A stretch of DNA of 59,045 nucleotides, counting the filler, from Sphacelaria rigidula (lineage: Eukaryota), in assembly GCA_964200075.2 (NCBI GenBank). It is 6 parts of 6 records of this genome, joined end to end, with 100 filler letters (N's around TTAATTAATTAA, not from the genome) between each part and the next. Parts side by side here need not be neighbours in the genome. Positions count along the whole stretch, not along the records: positions 1 to 9,759 come from CAXNAA020007823.1; positions 9,860 to 19,618 come from CAXNAA020007824.1; 4 more parts are not named here. One strand, given 5' to 3'. The notes beneath the pieces are model-generated. The model was not told the DNA's origin. It saw only the letters and a program-made list of their open reading frames with translations, and made no database searches. Within the stretch, counting starts at the first letter, position 1; each line of letters begins with the position of its first letter. Made by a program: the position numbers and the translations under genes. Shown here piece by piece: positions 1 to 12,640 of this stretch.

Positions 1-2498
1 ATCTTACGAGGAGTTGCACAAGGATGTACGTTATCACCCACTTTGTTTAAGGTATTTATTAGTGACTCGATAATAGCAACAGGAGCGGCAAAGCCAGAGG
101 TCAAGGTTGGTGGAGATGTGGTATCAGGACTGATATTCGCGGATGATTCTGTGGGTACTTCAGAAACAGCAGAAGGATTGCAAAAACTGGTAGACAAGGC
201 GCTAGAATACACTAGGAAATGGAGCGTGACAGCGAACGTCAATAAATGCGCGGTACTCGTCTGCCACGAAGATAAGGAAAACCCGGTAGAGTTCAAGTGG
301 AAGTGGGGAAAAGAGGCACTGCCGATCGTAGACCAGTGTGCATACCTTGGCGTCGAGATCTCAAGAGACTGTTGTTGGGATGCGCACATAAACAAAGTGA
401 TAGAAAAGGGTAAGACACAGATAAGCAGAAGGGTCATGATCCTCAGAGACCCGCGCCTAGACACTAGGATCAAGAGATGTATCCTGATGAATGTGATCGT
501 ACCAGAGCTGGAACATGCAGGAGAAGTATGGGAGGGGAACGTGAAATTGGTGAAGAAGTCGGAAAAAGTACAGATGGAAAAAGCTAAGGAAATACTTGGA
601 TGCTCGAAAACGACCAGTCATACTTCCTCTGTGCCATAAGTAAAGTTCGTTATGATTACACGGACTCTTAACCGTGTCCGACACCGCCGCGATAAATATT
701 TTGAGATCTTCGATGTTTTTTGGGTTGAAATCCGTTTGTTTTTCTGCGCACCCCCGGGCATTCGTGAACGGCCGGGGAAAAAGTCTTCGACCCCGAAAAA
801 TTCATATTTGGCCCCTTTCGGAGGGGCAAAAAACGTGTCGAAAGAACAAAAAAGTCAACTGTCCACGCCGTCGCTGGGGCTTGACGCTAGATGGCCGCAG
901 GCCTTCGTGAAGGCTTTCTCATAATATTTTACCACCCTTTCTAACATTGCTGCCCTCTGTCGCCCCCTCAGCGTCAAACCGCCTCCTCACCGTCGATGAG
1001 CCGTAGTCCATCCCGATTTCTTTCAGCTGATCGCGGACGCTTGCCGAAGGGTAAATGACCGCTTCTTCTCGTGGATTCTCCGCAGCGCAGCGGCTTTCGT
1101 TGGAGTAAGAAGTGATGCCCGCCCACTACGAAGTTTGCTCAAAAGGTTGAGCTCCCCGGTGCCGTCGATCTGAGCTTTGCACCCGGCCCAATGTTTTCTA
1201 GGGTTGTCATTACCAACGCCATAGCGCGCCGCCATGGGGCCTTGAACACCCCTGGGCACCCTTGTTTTTCCTGGGGGAATGGGCAACGCTATCTCCACCG
1301 CTGTTGCGTACCGGTGGCCCAACGACACTTCTGCGCCCCGTATACGTTGTGGGAGGGTCTCTATTGTGGTTGTGGGGGGCGATGGGCGTTTAAACGCGGA
1401 GAAAATCATAAATTCTCAAAATAGTGTTGGAAACAATTCTCAAACTCCCACCAAAATCCCCACTTTTTGACACACTAGTTCTCGGTAATTTCGGCTCAGT
1501 TTGTTTTTTAGCAAGCATCAGTAGATCTGCAGCCTTTCAAAAACCTAACTAAAGCATTGTGGGCAACTCCGTCGGCGATGCACGATATGCCCCTCATAAC
1601 GGACTTTACTTCTGGCACAGAGGAAGTACACTTTTGAGAGCAGAGTTGGGAATGTACCCACTTGAAACAAACGGAGACATGAAAAAATTGCGATGACAAT
1701 GTAACTTCAAGAACATGCAGAACAAGAGATAGCCAGCTAAAGTTCATAAGGTTGTATGGAAGAAAATTACGAACGGGCGGGCTTGAATGAGGTGGGATTT
1801 AGATGTCGATAAAGTATGGAAGGATATGGGAAGGAAAGAAGGGCGAAATACTGTCCATAGGTGAAGGCGCGGGGTACAGGACAAAAGTGAGAGTTATTAT
1901 AAAAATAAGGGGAAAAGGAGTGCTCAGGCGCAAAGTAGACAAAGAAGAACACCTACACCTGAAGATATATACGGGGGGTTGAGAGAGGGGATAGGGATAT
2001 AAACCTATCTGCATGGCCCATGGACGCGGCGAAACATTTGAAACTGCGATTCCGGGTGGGGCACCTGGACCTGCCAGAAAGAAGAAAGAGATTTACCAGT
2101 CGTCGACAGGAGGAGGGAGTAGATGCACAGGATTGCTCTTGTGGCAAAGGAATAGAGAGCAGAAGTCATACAGTGGCAGAAGGTGAACTATGCAAGGAGG
2201 AACGGGGCGGGCTAGATGGGGAACTACGGAACGTCAACTAAGATGGCATGGAGTCGTTTGATGCACTAGACAGTAAAATAGCGAAAAACGATGGCTATAC
2301 TAGGAGATAGATGGTGGCCACACACGGCGAAACCGGTCGGGGATAAGACATGTAAAAGGTTTTTGTGTGGTGTATCGAAGAAACGTAATGACCTACGAAA
2401 TGTGGAAGGTGTCTCTATTTGGAGTAGGAACGGTGCTCCGTCTCGAAAGGGTTGCCTGGTCAATGGTCGAACGACTAAGGCAAGCAAAAACTGAGTAC
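1..2498 (+). mobile_element. Degenerate non-LTR retrotransposon (LINE), RT C-terminal part and 3' end, split by a MITE at 621-1628
   Basis: The window starts with GVAQGCTLSPTLF, followed by the RT motif LIFADD, YLGVEI and KRCILMNVIVPELEHAGEVW. Removing 623-1628 restores TTSHTLLRAELGMYPLE. It continues with KLRFRVGHLDLP and CSCGKGIESRSHTVAE, with stops and frameshifts, and ends at TGAGTACG followed by a C-tract. Confidence 0.9.
621..1628. mobile_element. Non-autonomous Tc1/mariner (Stowaway-like) element, ~1.0 kb, TA TSD
   Basis: TIRs including the TA: TACTTCCTCTGTGCCATAAGTAAAGTTCGTTATGA (621-655) versus the reverse complement of 1594-1628, 33/35 identical. Excision leaving one TA restores the LINE reading frame. 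Confidence 0.9.
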
Positions 2499-2739
2499 GC
2501 CGCCCCCCTTCCCCACGAAAACGTACTGGTCCCAGGAGGCAAAAGCTAAATCCAAGCAAAATGATAAGAGCCGAGCACACCGAGCAGGTGGGAACTCCCA
2601 TGCTTGTGATCGTTTCCGCCAACGTCGTCCATCTGAGGGGCTTCACGGAGTCTGAAACCAGCCGTCACGGGCTGTACGACCGTTTTCTTCGTGGCAGTTT
2701 CGGAGCTGCTTTGGGGGAGGGGCTATCGCGGCATCACTC
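2499..2739. mobile_element. MITE with C/G-tract subterminal ends, left end truncated by the LINE; related to 38311-38533, 29576-29634 and 49290-49353
   Basis: Shares internal sequence (GGAGGCAAAA...GCCGAGCA...GAGCAG.TGGGAA.TCCCA) with 38350-38425. Its right end is GGGG-CTATCGCGG-CATCACTC. Confidence 0.6.
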
Positions 2740-4743
2740 CCCAATCCCAGAAAATGTCGTCATGACTCATAGAAGTATCTGGGCAAAGTGTCAGAGTCTA
2801 ACAAAGGGTCTGTCGGGAGAAGAGTTTTGGACACGTGGGCCCCACCCACCCCACTTTCCGGAGGGCAATCTTTCGAAAGTGAATATGTTTTTGTTTTTGG
2901 TTCAATATTGTTGAAGAAATTGATCAAGAAACACTGACAGAAACCGAAACGTCTGGTGGGCTTCGCGAGGCTCGCATATTTGCTTCTGCTCCTTACCGCC
3001 CCGTCCCGATGACACCGGATGCCGGCTACACTCACACACATGTATGCACACGAGCGAACGGTAGCGACAGCCTGTAGCCAGAGTAGCAACTCTATCTCAC
3101 CCTTCGCCAAACTTGCCCGGACTACTGGTAGGTACTCGAGGCACAAGACACGGAACATGATCCCATTCATGTTATCATGGTAAGTGATCTATGTGGCGGA
3201 CGTTGGCCCGAATTAGTCTGCCGTGCTTACTCATGCGCACGGGTGTACGCAGAAGCTGACCGCATCTGCCAAGATCTCGGCTGTAAACTAGGGGACAGCC
3301 GGCGAGGTGTCCCCGCCCCCCTTCCCCCCTTCCCCCCTCCAGGTGAAGGTTCGAGTTCAAGGTTCAGACATAAATGCTACACGTGGGTATAGTAACAGGG
3401 TGGGGATACCTCAATGTCGAGGTTTCATTCGGAAGCTGAAGGTTCAACCTGGACTTGAAGATTTCACGTGAAGATTCAAGTCAAGCACAAGGCGACAGTT
3501 TACCCAAATATTATTTCCGCAAGTCAAATATTGAGGTCAGAGTCACGGGCAGGGTGACTATAACTCACAGGTTGAGCTTCAAGGTTGAGATTTTGACACG
3601 ATAGTTGATAAATTCAAATTTCGGGTTAAACGCTGAGACGAAGCATCAACTCGAGGGTTGAACGTTCAACCGAAATTTCGAACCTTCAAGATAAATGCCA
3701 GCGGTGAGCGGTGAGGCTTCGGTTTGGGTTTAGGGTAACTTCAACTTGATGTTCTTACTTGCACGTCCGACTCGTGTTTCTTGAAGGTTCTACAGTATTA
3801 CAGGGAGCGGGGAGGTTCATGACATCTTGGCACAGGACCGAAAAAGAGGCCAGCCGATTACGTGCACTGAAACGGGAGTCTCGAGGAGAGTAGGGAGGGG
3901 ATGGAAGCTACTAACTGCTGACTCCGATGTACCCCTCCCTCCGAGGCGGTGGGTGGTGTCATGTGGCGCCCTTTCTGGTTTGCCTAGTTTTTGCATACGC
4001 ATAGCTGTCCTCTCAGAGGTCCAAGGATAGATTTCTTCTTCCTTCTTTTTCTTTTCACCATTTTTTTGTTTTGTTTTGTTTTGTTTTGTTTTGTTTTGTT
4101 TTTACCGCGTCTGTGTGAACTTTTCGTGAGTCCGATTTTATTTCCTGATTTTCCTTTTACCCTAGCGTGGGGTGGTAGCCTGTGACCACGGAAGACGTCC
4201 AAGTCAGATGCCCAGTACAGCACAGCGCAGATACCGGAAAGACTGTTTAATGTGAAGACAACAACAAAAAGAGCAGCAGCAACAACAACAACGACAACAA
4301 CAACAACTACAGTTCAGTGGAAGGGTAAAGCTTTACGGTAGAGCTCTACCTGAAGGCTCAAATTTTAGGTTTACCCTTTCATATGGGAAGGTATAAGCCT
4401 TCAGTGTTTCCATGATGGCTCGATACTGAGGTCCTGATCGCTTTCCCTATCCCTACGCCCGAACTTTGACTCGAAGGTTCAAATATACAACGCTCAAGTT
4501 GCGGCTTCACGTTGCGTCTCGACGTTCAGCTGGACTTTTCAAACCTTCTTTTGAACCTCTCACATTCAAGCCAGACCATTGAACGGAACTTGTGATAATG
4601 GCGGCTGCCCTCATGCCAGCCCCCCCCCCATCCCTCACCCCTACACCCCGCTTCACTTGGGGGCACAAACGCCTCTGACGGAGCAGTGTTTGTTTTGCTT
4701 GCTCGTCTGTCTGGTCGTTTTCCCGTTTTTGTTTGTTCATGTT

Positions 4744-5583
4744 GGTCACAAAAATCATGGGGGGGGGGGGGGGGGGGAAGCGTTCGTTACGACAATCCAG
4801 CTGTTATGCGCCTAAGGGGTTGCCCAACCGCGCACTTGTCTTCGTAGCGCGTACCAAGTGTTTTTGTTTTCCATTGCCTTTTTTTCCCCGATGAAATATC
4901 CACCCGCGACGTAGAGAGATAGGAACATCGGCGGCGGTAATAGATTCATGTCCAGGAGGACTGGCCCACGGACACGGGGGAACTTCGAAGAGGGGATGGA
5001 TCCAACACCAAGAAAGAGGTTACGCCCATGTCCGATCTCCCACCGGTCACAAAAATCATGGGGGGGAGGGGGGCAGCGTTCGTAATGACAATCCAGATGT
5101 TATGCGCCTAAGGGGTTGCCTAACCGCGCACTTGTCTCCGTAGCGCGTGCCGAATGCTTTGGTTTCCCGTTGCCTTCTTCCCCTCGATGAAATATCCAGC
5201 CGCGACGTGGAGAGATAGGAACGTCGATTCATGTCCAAGGGGACTGGCCCACGGACACGCGGGAACCCCGAAGAGGGGACGGATCCAACACCAAGAAAGA
5301 GGTTGAGTCATCCTACGATAGGGGGGCGGGGGGCGTATTTGATTGCACGAGAAAAAGGCTGATAAGTGTGTCAGATGACCTGCCGCACTGGCGATGCGCT
5401 TGCATTTGGTTCAAAACGGTGTCAATCGGTATGAGTGAGCGTTATTTATCTATAATACGCTCGTTCGATCAACCGTTGCTGATTTCAGCGGCGATTTGTC
5501 TTGGAATTTCGTGCAAGAAGTGGCCCAAAATACCCCCCCTATCCAGGATGACTCGGTTACGTTCATGTCCGATCTCCCACCGG
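4744..5583. repeat. Tandem duplication of a ~300-bp unit; the second copy is interrupted by a MITE
   Basis: GGTCACAAAAATCATGGGGG starts at both 4744 and 5045. Both copies end AGAAAGAGGTTACG..CATGTCCGATCTCCCACCGGT once 5305-5558 is removed from copy 2. Confidence 0.85.
5305..5554. mobile_element. Sola2-like MITE, 250 bp, 4-bp TSD GGTT
   Basis: TIRs GAGTCATCCTACGATAGGGGGG / CCCCCCTATCCAGGATGACTC. GGTT is duplicated at 5301-5304 and 5555-5558. The empty site is visible in the upstream tandem copy. GAG...CTC termini with a 4-bp TSD match Sola2. Confidence 0.8.
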
Positions 5584-8500
5584 TAGTGCTGACTCCTTTC
5601 GGTCAATGGCCGGGTGATGGAAGAGTGCTTGGCTCGGCCCTCGAAGGCTACATTCGCGATAGTTCTTCGCGGGCCGAGAGAGAAGGTTCAAACTACCCTG
5701 CGTTCTTGCCTTTTCGGCTGTGCTGGGTGCAGCTGCACTGCGAACACGCCATGCGTGTAGTTTTGTTGGGTTATCTTGTTGTATTAGCATGTAGACAAAT
5801 GTATCCCTCCTTCCCACATACCCCGTCACCTCCCATATGTTGTTTGTTGGGCGCCGGGGGTGTATGGCGAACTCCTTATCAACGGAGGGATTCCAAAGGC
5901 GCTGCTATGGCTCATTTCGTGGGTCGAGACGCATGCGGTTGGGCTGGCTCTTGGCTTTTGAAAATGCCTGGGAGTGTCGGGATCATCCCATCGGTGCGTC
6001 CTCTAGACCACAGGCAATGTATGGGGGCGGGGGAGATCGATTTCTAGGGGGGAAACCAGTTCGAGACAAGGCGACATGGCCTCCTTGACCATCGATTTCA
6101 AGAGTCGGGTGAGACCCCCTAGGTAAGGTCAACCCTTGGTGCCGGCGGGAGTACAGGAAATTTGAGGGGTAACGACAACGCTCCGCCATCCACTTCACAC
6201 GGTGCTTCGAAATCTGCCTTAGTTTTGGGCACTGCCCGTGGAATTTATACGGGGAATCTCAAGGCTTTCGCACCAGTGGGCAAACGTTACTGGGTGAGTG
6301 TGATCGAATGCTTCTGCGAAGTGAAAAACAACCACAACATGAGCGAATATTCCAACGCTATGCAGAAACCGAAGGAAATTTGACAACCACCGTCATTCTG
6401 CCACCGGCGAGAATGGCGATGAACGTGCTATCCAACTGTGTCTAGATATCGGTGGTGAAAATCCACAGTACAGTCGGTGCCTACTGGTTGTATACGGTTG
6501 ATGCCCGGTATTTCATTCATCATTGCGGGGATCATCGTGTCGATTGGTGCATTGTGTTTTGTCCTATCGAGAAACACGCCAACCTGCTTTGAAGTTGAAA
6601 CCTAGCTCTCTCGCTTGAATAGTCGCCACGGTAAACTTTTGTTGGTTGTGCTGTATTCGCTTTGTCGTAGTGCACGAGGAGAGGTCGATCAAGACGCACC
6701 TGGCCAGGGAAGCCGTCGGATTAACGGCACCTGTGCCGTAGATGTAGACCACGAAGCGTATCATCCGTGGTGTCTCGCGTTCTGACGCCAGCATTTGTTG
6801 TGAAATACGGACATGGTTGTAGTCATGACCTCCAAGCAACTTCGAGGATGAAACGCTCGCCAGTATGAGATGTCCATAGCGCCAGCCGGTTGGCTTCCCT
6901 AGCTCGTGCCGCACATAAAACTTCGCTACACCACAGGAACAGTCTACACAGTGCGCCCGCTCGAACGCGACCCATTCAAACCACGATGAGTTGTGGTGTA
7001 CGCGCTGTCCCCCTGCGGTGTGACCTCAGGAGCGAGCAACAATCCGCGACGTAAGGTGCACGTAGCCACGCCACACGAACAGGCCTGATAGTGGTACTCC
7101 CGTCTACCATACGTCAGGACCCGTAGTAACCCCCCATGAGAGACACGGGGTATTTCTGCCTCTGTTGTTGCGCATACGCCAATATTGAAGATACCGAGAC
7201 CTCCCCCGCAATCCGTCTTCAGTCGTGCGCCCCACCAAGGCGGAGAGAGATGGCTCGGCCGAGACGTTCGGCTTACGGGAAAACGCGTGGATTGGCCCGA
7301 GGGAAAGAGCCGAAACCATGCACCCATGACATAGAACACGGTGTAAGCTGTACACGGATATCGGCCTCCCTATTCACTGTGTACAAGCGCAAAGTCGGCG
7401 CACCCAGGTTGAAATGTATGTACAGTATATGGCGGTCTAACTATTTAGGGGTGTTTTGGGGTTTCCCTCGTGTAATCCTCTTCGATAGAACTCGAAATTG
7501 CTAGCGTCGGGAGATTTTGGGACAACAAAAACGATCATCTTCGTAACACAGTGCTTAACTCAGCCTTAGTTGGTGTTATCGGGCGAAACGAGTAAATACT
7601 CCGTTCATCAGGAGGGTGTTATTGACAGTGAAACACAGTTTTTCGGCCCTAGCGCACTGAGTAGGCAGAATTTGAAAAAAGTAAAACTGTAATTTGTTTC
7701 ACAAATATGATCGGGGCGGGCTCGATCGACCAAAGATACAGAAGAGTAAGAATCTGGGCTGAAACGTGGCAGGACGCCCGATGACCGGTCAGCCCGTGAG
7801 TCACTCAACACTGAGTACATATGATTTTTTTCTCTTGGAATGTGGAGTGGATACATATATCTTGAGATTCCCGACGTGGTGAGGGGTGGAAAGCGAAGTG
7901 AGCCCAAGAAAGTCGGCAGTTACGAAAAAATCACAAAATGCCACAAAATGAATGGTAAGACCGCCCACCACTGTAAGTGGTGTATCGAGACGGAGTCTAC
8001 ATTGCGTGCCCCAATCCCATCACACCACACACTGTGTACATACGCTTCGCGGGATAAATTGTACACGCATCGTCTCACCAACGTTGTCTAGCACGTAAGG
8101 AGAATCCTGTCACTGCACTGGTGAAGCGGAATATGCAATGGCGCAGCCGGAGAACGCCACGGCGTCGCAGCATCACAGCGTCACAGCAAATTCGGTGGGT
8201 GTACAGGGAGCACGAGCATGTAGTGGCTGAAAACGACTACGGTGACATACAATAACAACCGCTGCTTTTCACACCTCTGCTACGATGATAGATATTCAGA
8301 ACTAACTACAGCTGACCTCCACGTATATACCCCTCAAGTGCATTGCAGTTGCGGCATCACACGGGCCTGACCCACGCTTGGACAAGGTCGAGAAGGAGCA
8401 GGAGTTTAGCCCCAGCTGCCTCGTCTTCAATTATCCCATAATCTTCAGATATCAACCCCCTGAAGGGGCAGGATTACCCATACCCTGCACGTCTTTGGCT

Positions 8501-8913
8501 ATAGCAGTAGGAGCTAAGGCTAGGAACAGGGTCTACGACCTCCTAACCTAACCGCAGTCCCATCCTAAGCCTGCTATGCGTACTCTGGTACTACACGGAA
8601 TACAACGCCTTTTGTCTCTCGACAGCTCGAAAAGAGCTCTTGCGCATGCCGACAAAAGCTCTGGATAAACGCCCTACCAATGCGCTTCGAGCTGATTGTT
8701 GCAGCCACAGATTTTTGATGCGAAACAAGGGTCACTCTATACGGGGAGGGCGGGAAGGTTTGTGTGACGAATAGGTGATGTGTCCTACAGACAACAGAGC
8801 ACCATGATGCAGTCTGCAACGCCACACACACACACGTATCTAGATGGTGGGGGACAACGGCCGCTGCACAGATAAACGCGGAGGTATCCTCCCACCACGC
8901 TGGCGGGATCTGG

Positions 8914-9108
8914 TCAGCCGAGTTGCGTGTGCAGCGGCAGGAGGGCGCCCAGCTGCATAGCGTGTTGCGACCCCTCGGTCCTGACACGAAACGGCTCTTC
9001 TTCCCCCATGCTGTTCGCCAGGTCAACGGGGCGAGCGCACAACAAGACGCTCTTGTCCTCCTCGTCTACTCGTGCCATCCCCGACACGGCCATATTCATC
9101 GTGATAGT
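8914..9108 (-). CDS. Candidate terminal exon of an unidentified gene or pseudogene
   Basis: A pyrimidine-rich CAG acceptor (9109-9111 on -) precedes the frame TITMNMAVSGMARVDEEDKSVLLCARPVDL...TQLG*. A possible upstream exon ends ...WVEMCPPTNLFE|GT near 9480. I recognise no family with certainty. Confidence 0.3.
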   Translation of the reverse strand, partial: TITMNMAVSGMARVDEEDKSVLLCARPVDLANSMGEEEPFRVRTEGSQHAMQLGALLPLHTQLG

Positions 9109-9759
9109 CTGACGAAGCGGGAGAAACGGAACGGCAGATACGTAGGTGTAAGCAACGAGATTCATTTACAAATAGGTTGATTTATGGCTGACGTGCTTGG
9201 CGGGTGATACCACTGCTCACATGACACGGCACTTATAAACTGCTTTCATTCCATGATACCGAGTGATAAGACGTCAAGAGACGCAAGCGGATTGATGACT
9301 TCCTGGTGTATTCCAACGCAGGAAATGGAGGCAGGTAGCTTCCGTTTGGGATCCGTTCTGGAACATTTCATGAGATAGGTCGCATCGTTATAAGACGTCT
9401 GCAGTACACTCTTACTAGTTGGACCCTCACAAAAACCAAACCTCACTCATGTACGACCAAGGAGGGACAGCAGGCGAACCTCGAACAGGTTGGTTGGTGG
9501 GCACATCTCGACCCACGTGTTGGTAGTGTACCATGTAGGAGCCACTGAGCTGCGACGTGGCTGCTACTCTCGATCCAACTCTACTTGCAGGGACCACAGG
9601 TCTACACCAGGACCCAGCGTTATCTCGACGTATCTCCAGACGAGCGCGGCAACGTCACCGCCGAGAGCTACTGGCGGCTGCAGCCTCTTGAGAGACCGGG
9701 CGGGGGGGGGGGGGGGGGGGGGGGGCCCCCCGTTGCTGGAGGGAGGGAGGGGGGGAAGG

Positions 9760-9859
9760 NNNNNNNNNNNNNNNNNNNNNNNNNNNNNNNNNNNNNNNNN
9801 NNNTTAATTAATTAANNNNNNNNNNNNNNNNNNNNNNNNNNNNNNNNNNNNNNNNNNNN
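9760..9859. other. Artificial contig spacer N44-TTAATTAATTAA-N44
   Basis: Identical 100-nt spacer with stop codons in all six frames; occurs five times. Confidence 0.98.
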
Positions 9860-12449
9860 GTGCTGACCCAATCCGCGAGACCAAAATGAGAGGCACGTAC
9901 CGAGGGAGAGATGGGTTGATCCCTCGAGACCATGAACTCATCCCGAGGAAGGGGAGGGGTTTAAAGTGTGAGGGAAACAAAAAAGAAGCCCCAGGACCAA
10001 CGGGGCTAGGTCAGAACTCTTGGATACGTATGACCATGTCAAGATTGGTGTTCGTGATGATCCGATCCAGAAATTAGTAGAGATGGAAGAAGTGGCGAGA
10101 GCGTTGCAATCACGTGACACCAACATCAACCTGACAAAGGTGCGTACCCTACTCAAATTTGTCAATGCGCTCCTTGTGAGTATAACTACCAGAAGCAAGC
10201 GCTGGATGAGCGCGAGGGGCCACTCACGAGGGAAGTCGTGGTGACGTCGGTTCGAAAACGTTTCGAGTCGGCACTTTTCAAAAAGGAACTCGCCAAGGGA
10301 AAGAAGGTTCCCTCAGACGACCAGGCTCTTTCCGTCAAGGGCCAACCCGGCAAACCTAACGGCTCACGCCGGAAAGGCAAAGCGGGGAAGACCCAGGACC
10401 CAGGTTGCGGAGGCGACGGGGGCCAGGGCAAAAACAGCGAGTCCCCGGCTTCATCGTCGACGAGCCAGTCGGGGGCTGCGACGAGGTGGAAATGCCACGT
10501 TTGTCAGAAGATGACTACACACCGAGCGAGAGACTGTCGAGACAGGTATTGCGGTAGGTGCGGGAAGAGAGGACATCAATCAACTGATTGACTGTCAAAG
10601 TACTATAGAGGATGCGGCGATGGTGATGAGTGTGGTGGAAGACTTCGTGGACGACACCTCCAAATGCTCGGATCCTGATGCAGAGGCTTTCACCAGCATC
10701 GACGTGACGGTGGATGAGAACAACACAGGCGAGTATGCGTTTGTTGCTGGGAAGGGGGGTGTAGAGCAGTCAGATGGGGGCGAACTATGGGCACTTGATA
10801 CGGGGGCCACTTCGCACTTTTCTCCTGATCCGAGTAAGATGGCGGATTACAGAAAATGTAGCGGCAGGGTACTACGGTGTGCGGGCGGTGGTACCTACCC
10901 GATCGTGGGAAGAGGAAACTTGGCTTTATCTTTACGATCTGACGGACGCGATATAGTCTTGCATTTGAAAAATGTAGACCACGCACCTTGCGCCCGTCGC
11001 CATCTGTTATCATTGACCAGGATGTCCAACGCAGGTCACACCTTCATTGGGTCTAGAAACGATTTCCGGGTCGAGTCGAAGTCAGGCAATACCCTGAAAA
11101 TCCCCGGTCAGCACAGACAATTGAAAATGTACGCCCAACGCATCTATTCAAACGGTCGCGACAGGCATTCGTCAGCATGCGCTGTGATTGCCCAGTCGGA
11201 ACTACCTAACCTCCAAGTTGATGGTATCAGCGACTTCCACGGCAAACACGCGCATGCCCACGAGGACCTGGTCCGGCAGACAGCAAAGTAGCTCGGAGTG
11301 GAGCTGCGCGGCAAGTTGAGACCGTGCCGAGGATGCTCGGAAGAAAAAGGACTGCGACGGCCCATCCCAAGATCAACTCATACACGAGCAGTGCAGCCAG
11401 CACCCAGAGTGTTTGACGATTTTACAGGCTCAAAACCAGTTAGATCTCGGGGCGGAAAGTCGTATATGATGATAGTACGTGATGACTGCTCGCGGCATAC
11501 TCAACTGTACTTTCCTCGCACAAAGGATGAGGCCGAACAGTACTTTAGTACGCACATCGCAGAAATTGACCCGGAAACAATCGAGAAGGTTCGCAGTGAT
11601 GGTAGAGGTGAATTCTCGGAGGGGGGGTTCGAGGAACTATGTGATAGGCAGAAAATTAAGCAAGAGAGAGCAACTGCTGACTCCCCACAGTACAACGGCG
11701 TAGCGGAACGAGCAATTGACATCATAGAGTCTGCCGGCCTTGCGGCCTAAATTCAGGCATCGGAAATGCACCTGAACCAGAATATCCCAACTAGCAAGAA
11801 TCTGCGGGCGGAACAAGCTAACTGGACATACCATGCTTTGAACTGTACTGCGACCTCGGCTAACCCGGGCAACAAGATGCCACACGAAATGTGGCACGGA
11901 GTACCACCGGCAAACAACCTTCTCCCTTTTCTGAAGCCTGGGCTTTGTAGGGTTCAGAGGACAGACAGGTTACAACGAAAAGCTCAGAGGTGCTGGTACC
12001 TTAGCCCAGCCCCAGGATACCCGCGCGATGCTGTGAGAGTGATGACGAAAACAGGACAAACTATCACGACCAGGCACGTAACATGGGCATATGTTTCCCT
12101 TACTCCTCTCCCCGCCCCACAGCAAGCGATCCCGACGCCCGATGGAGCGAGGGATGACCCGATAAAAGGAAGGCAGGCCGACAGCGAGTCCGCCGAGCAA
12201 ACCCCGGTGGCGCGTGCTCCGTCCCGCGGTTCACGTCGCGTGTCGTTCTCGCTCCCCAACTCCAAACTGGAAGCAGACGATGCCACACAGCAGGCCCCTG
12301 CTATTGCCGGGGGGGGTGAGATAACCTCGCCGCCTCCTTGCAGAGGCGGGGGGGGGTGCGGGATTCCACGAAACCCACTTCAGCATTTCGTTGATGACCG
12401 GGGCTCGGCGCCGCCCATACCACCGCCGTCGGTGGCGCTGACGGCATCG

Positions 12450-12640
12450 CCGACAACGACGACAGCCGCAGCGCCGACATCGCCGCCAACAACGCTGACA
12501 ACCGCAGCATCAACAATGCCGCCGACAACGCCGACAGTCGCAGCGCCGACATGGCCCCTGACAATGCCGACAGCCGCAGCGCCGACATGGCCCCTGACAA
12601 CGCCGACAGCCACAGCGTTGACAACACCGCCGACAACCGT
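12450..12640 (+). repeat. In-frame 36-bp minisatellite (~5 units) encoding Pro/Thr/Ala repeats in the copia INT-RT linker
   Basis: Units translate as TTTAAAPTSPPT / TLTTAASTMPPT / TPTVAAPTWPLT / MPTAAAPTWPLT / TPTATALTTPPT. Confidence 0.85.

Noticed and set aside
5496-7504. ORFs of 116-183 aa in the ORF track
   Set aside because: No recognisable motifs, coding bias or splice support; consistent with chance ORFs in degenerate repeats.
7900-8090. Cys/His cluster KCHK..KTAHHCKWC..TLC resembling a piggyBac C-terminal domain
   Set aside because: Too short, with no adjacent DDD core and no paired TTAA/CCC ends.
9804-9815. TTAATTAATTAA recurring every ~9.86 kb
   Set aside because: It is embedded in N runs and is a synthetic six-frame stop linker, not biology.
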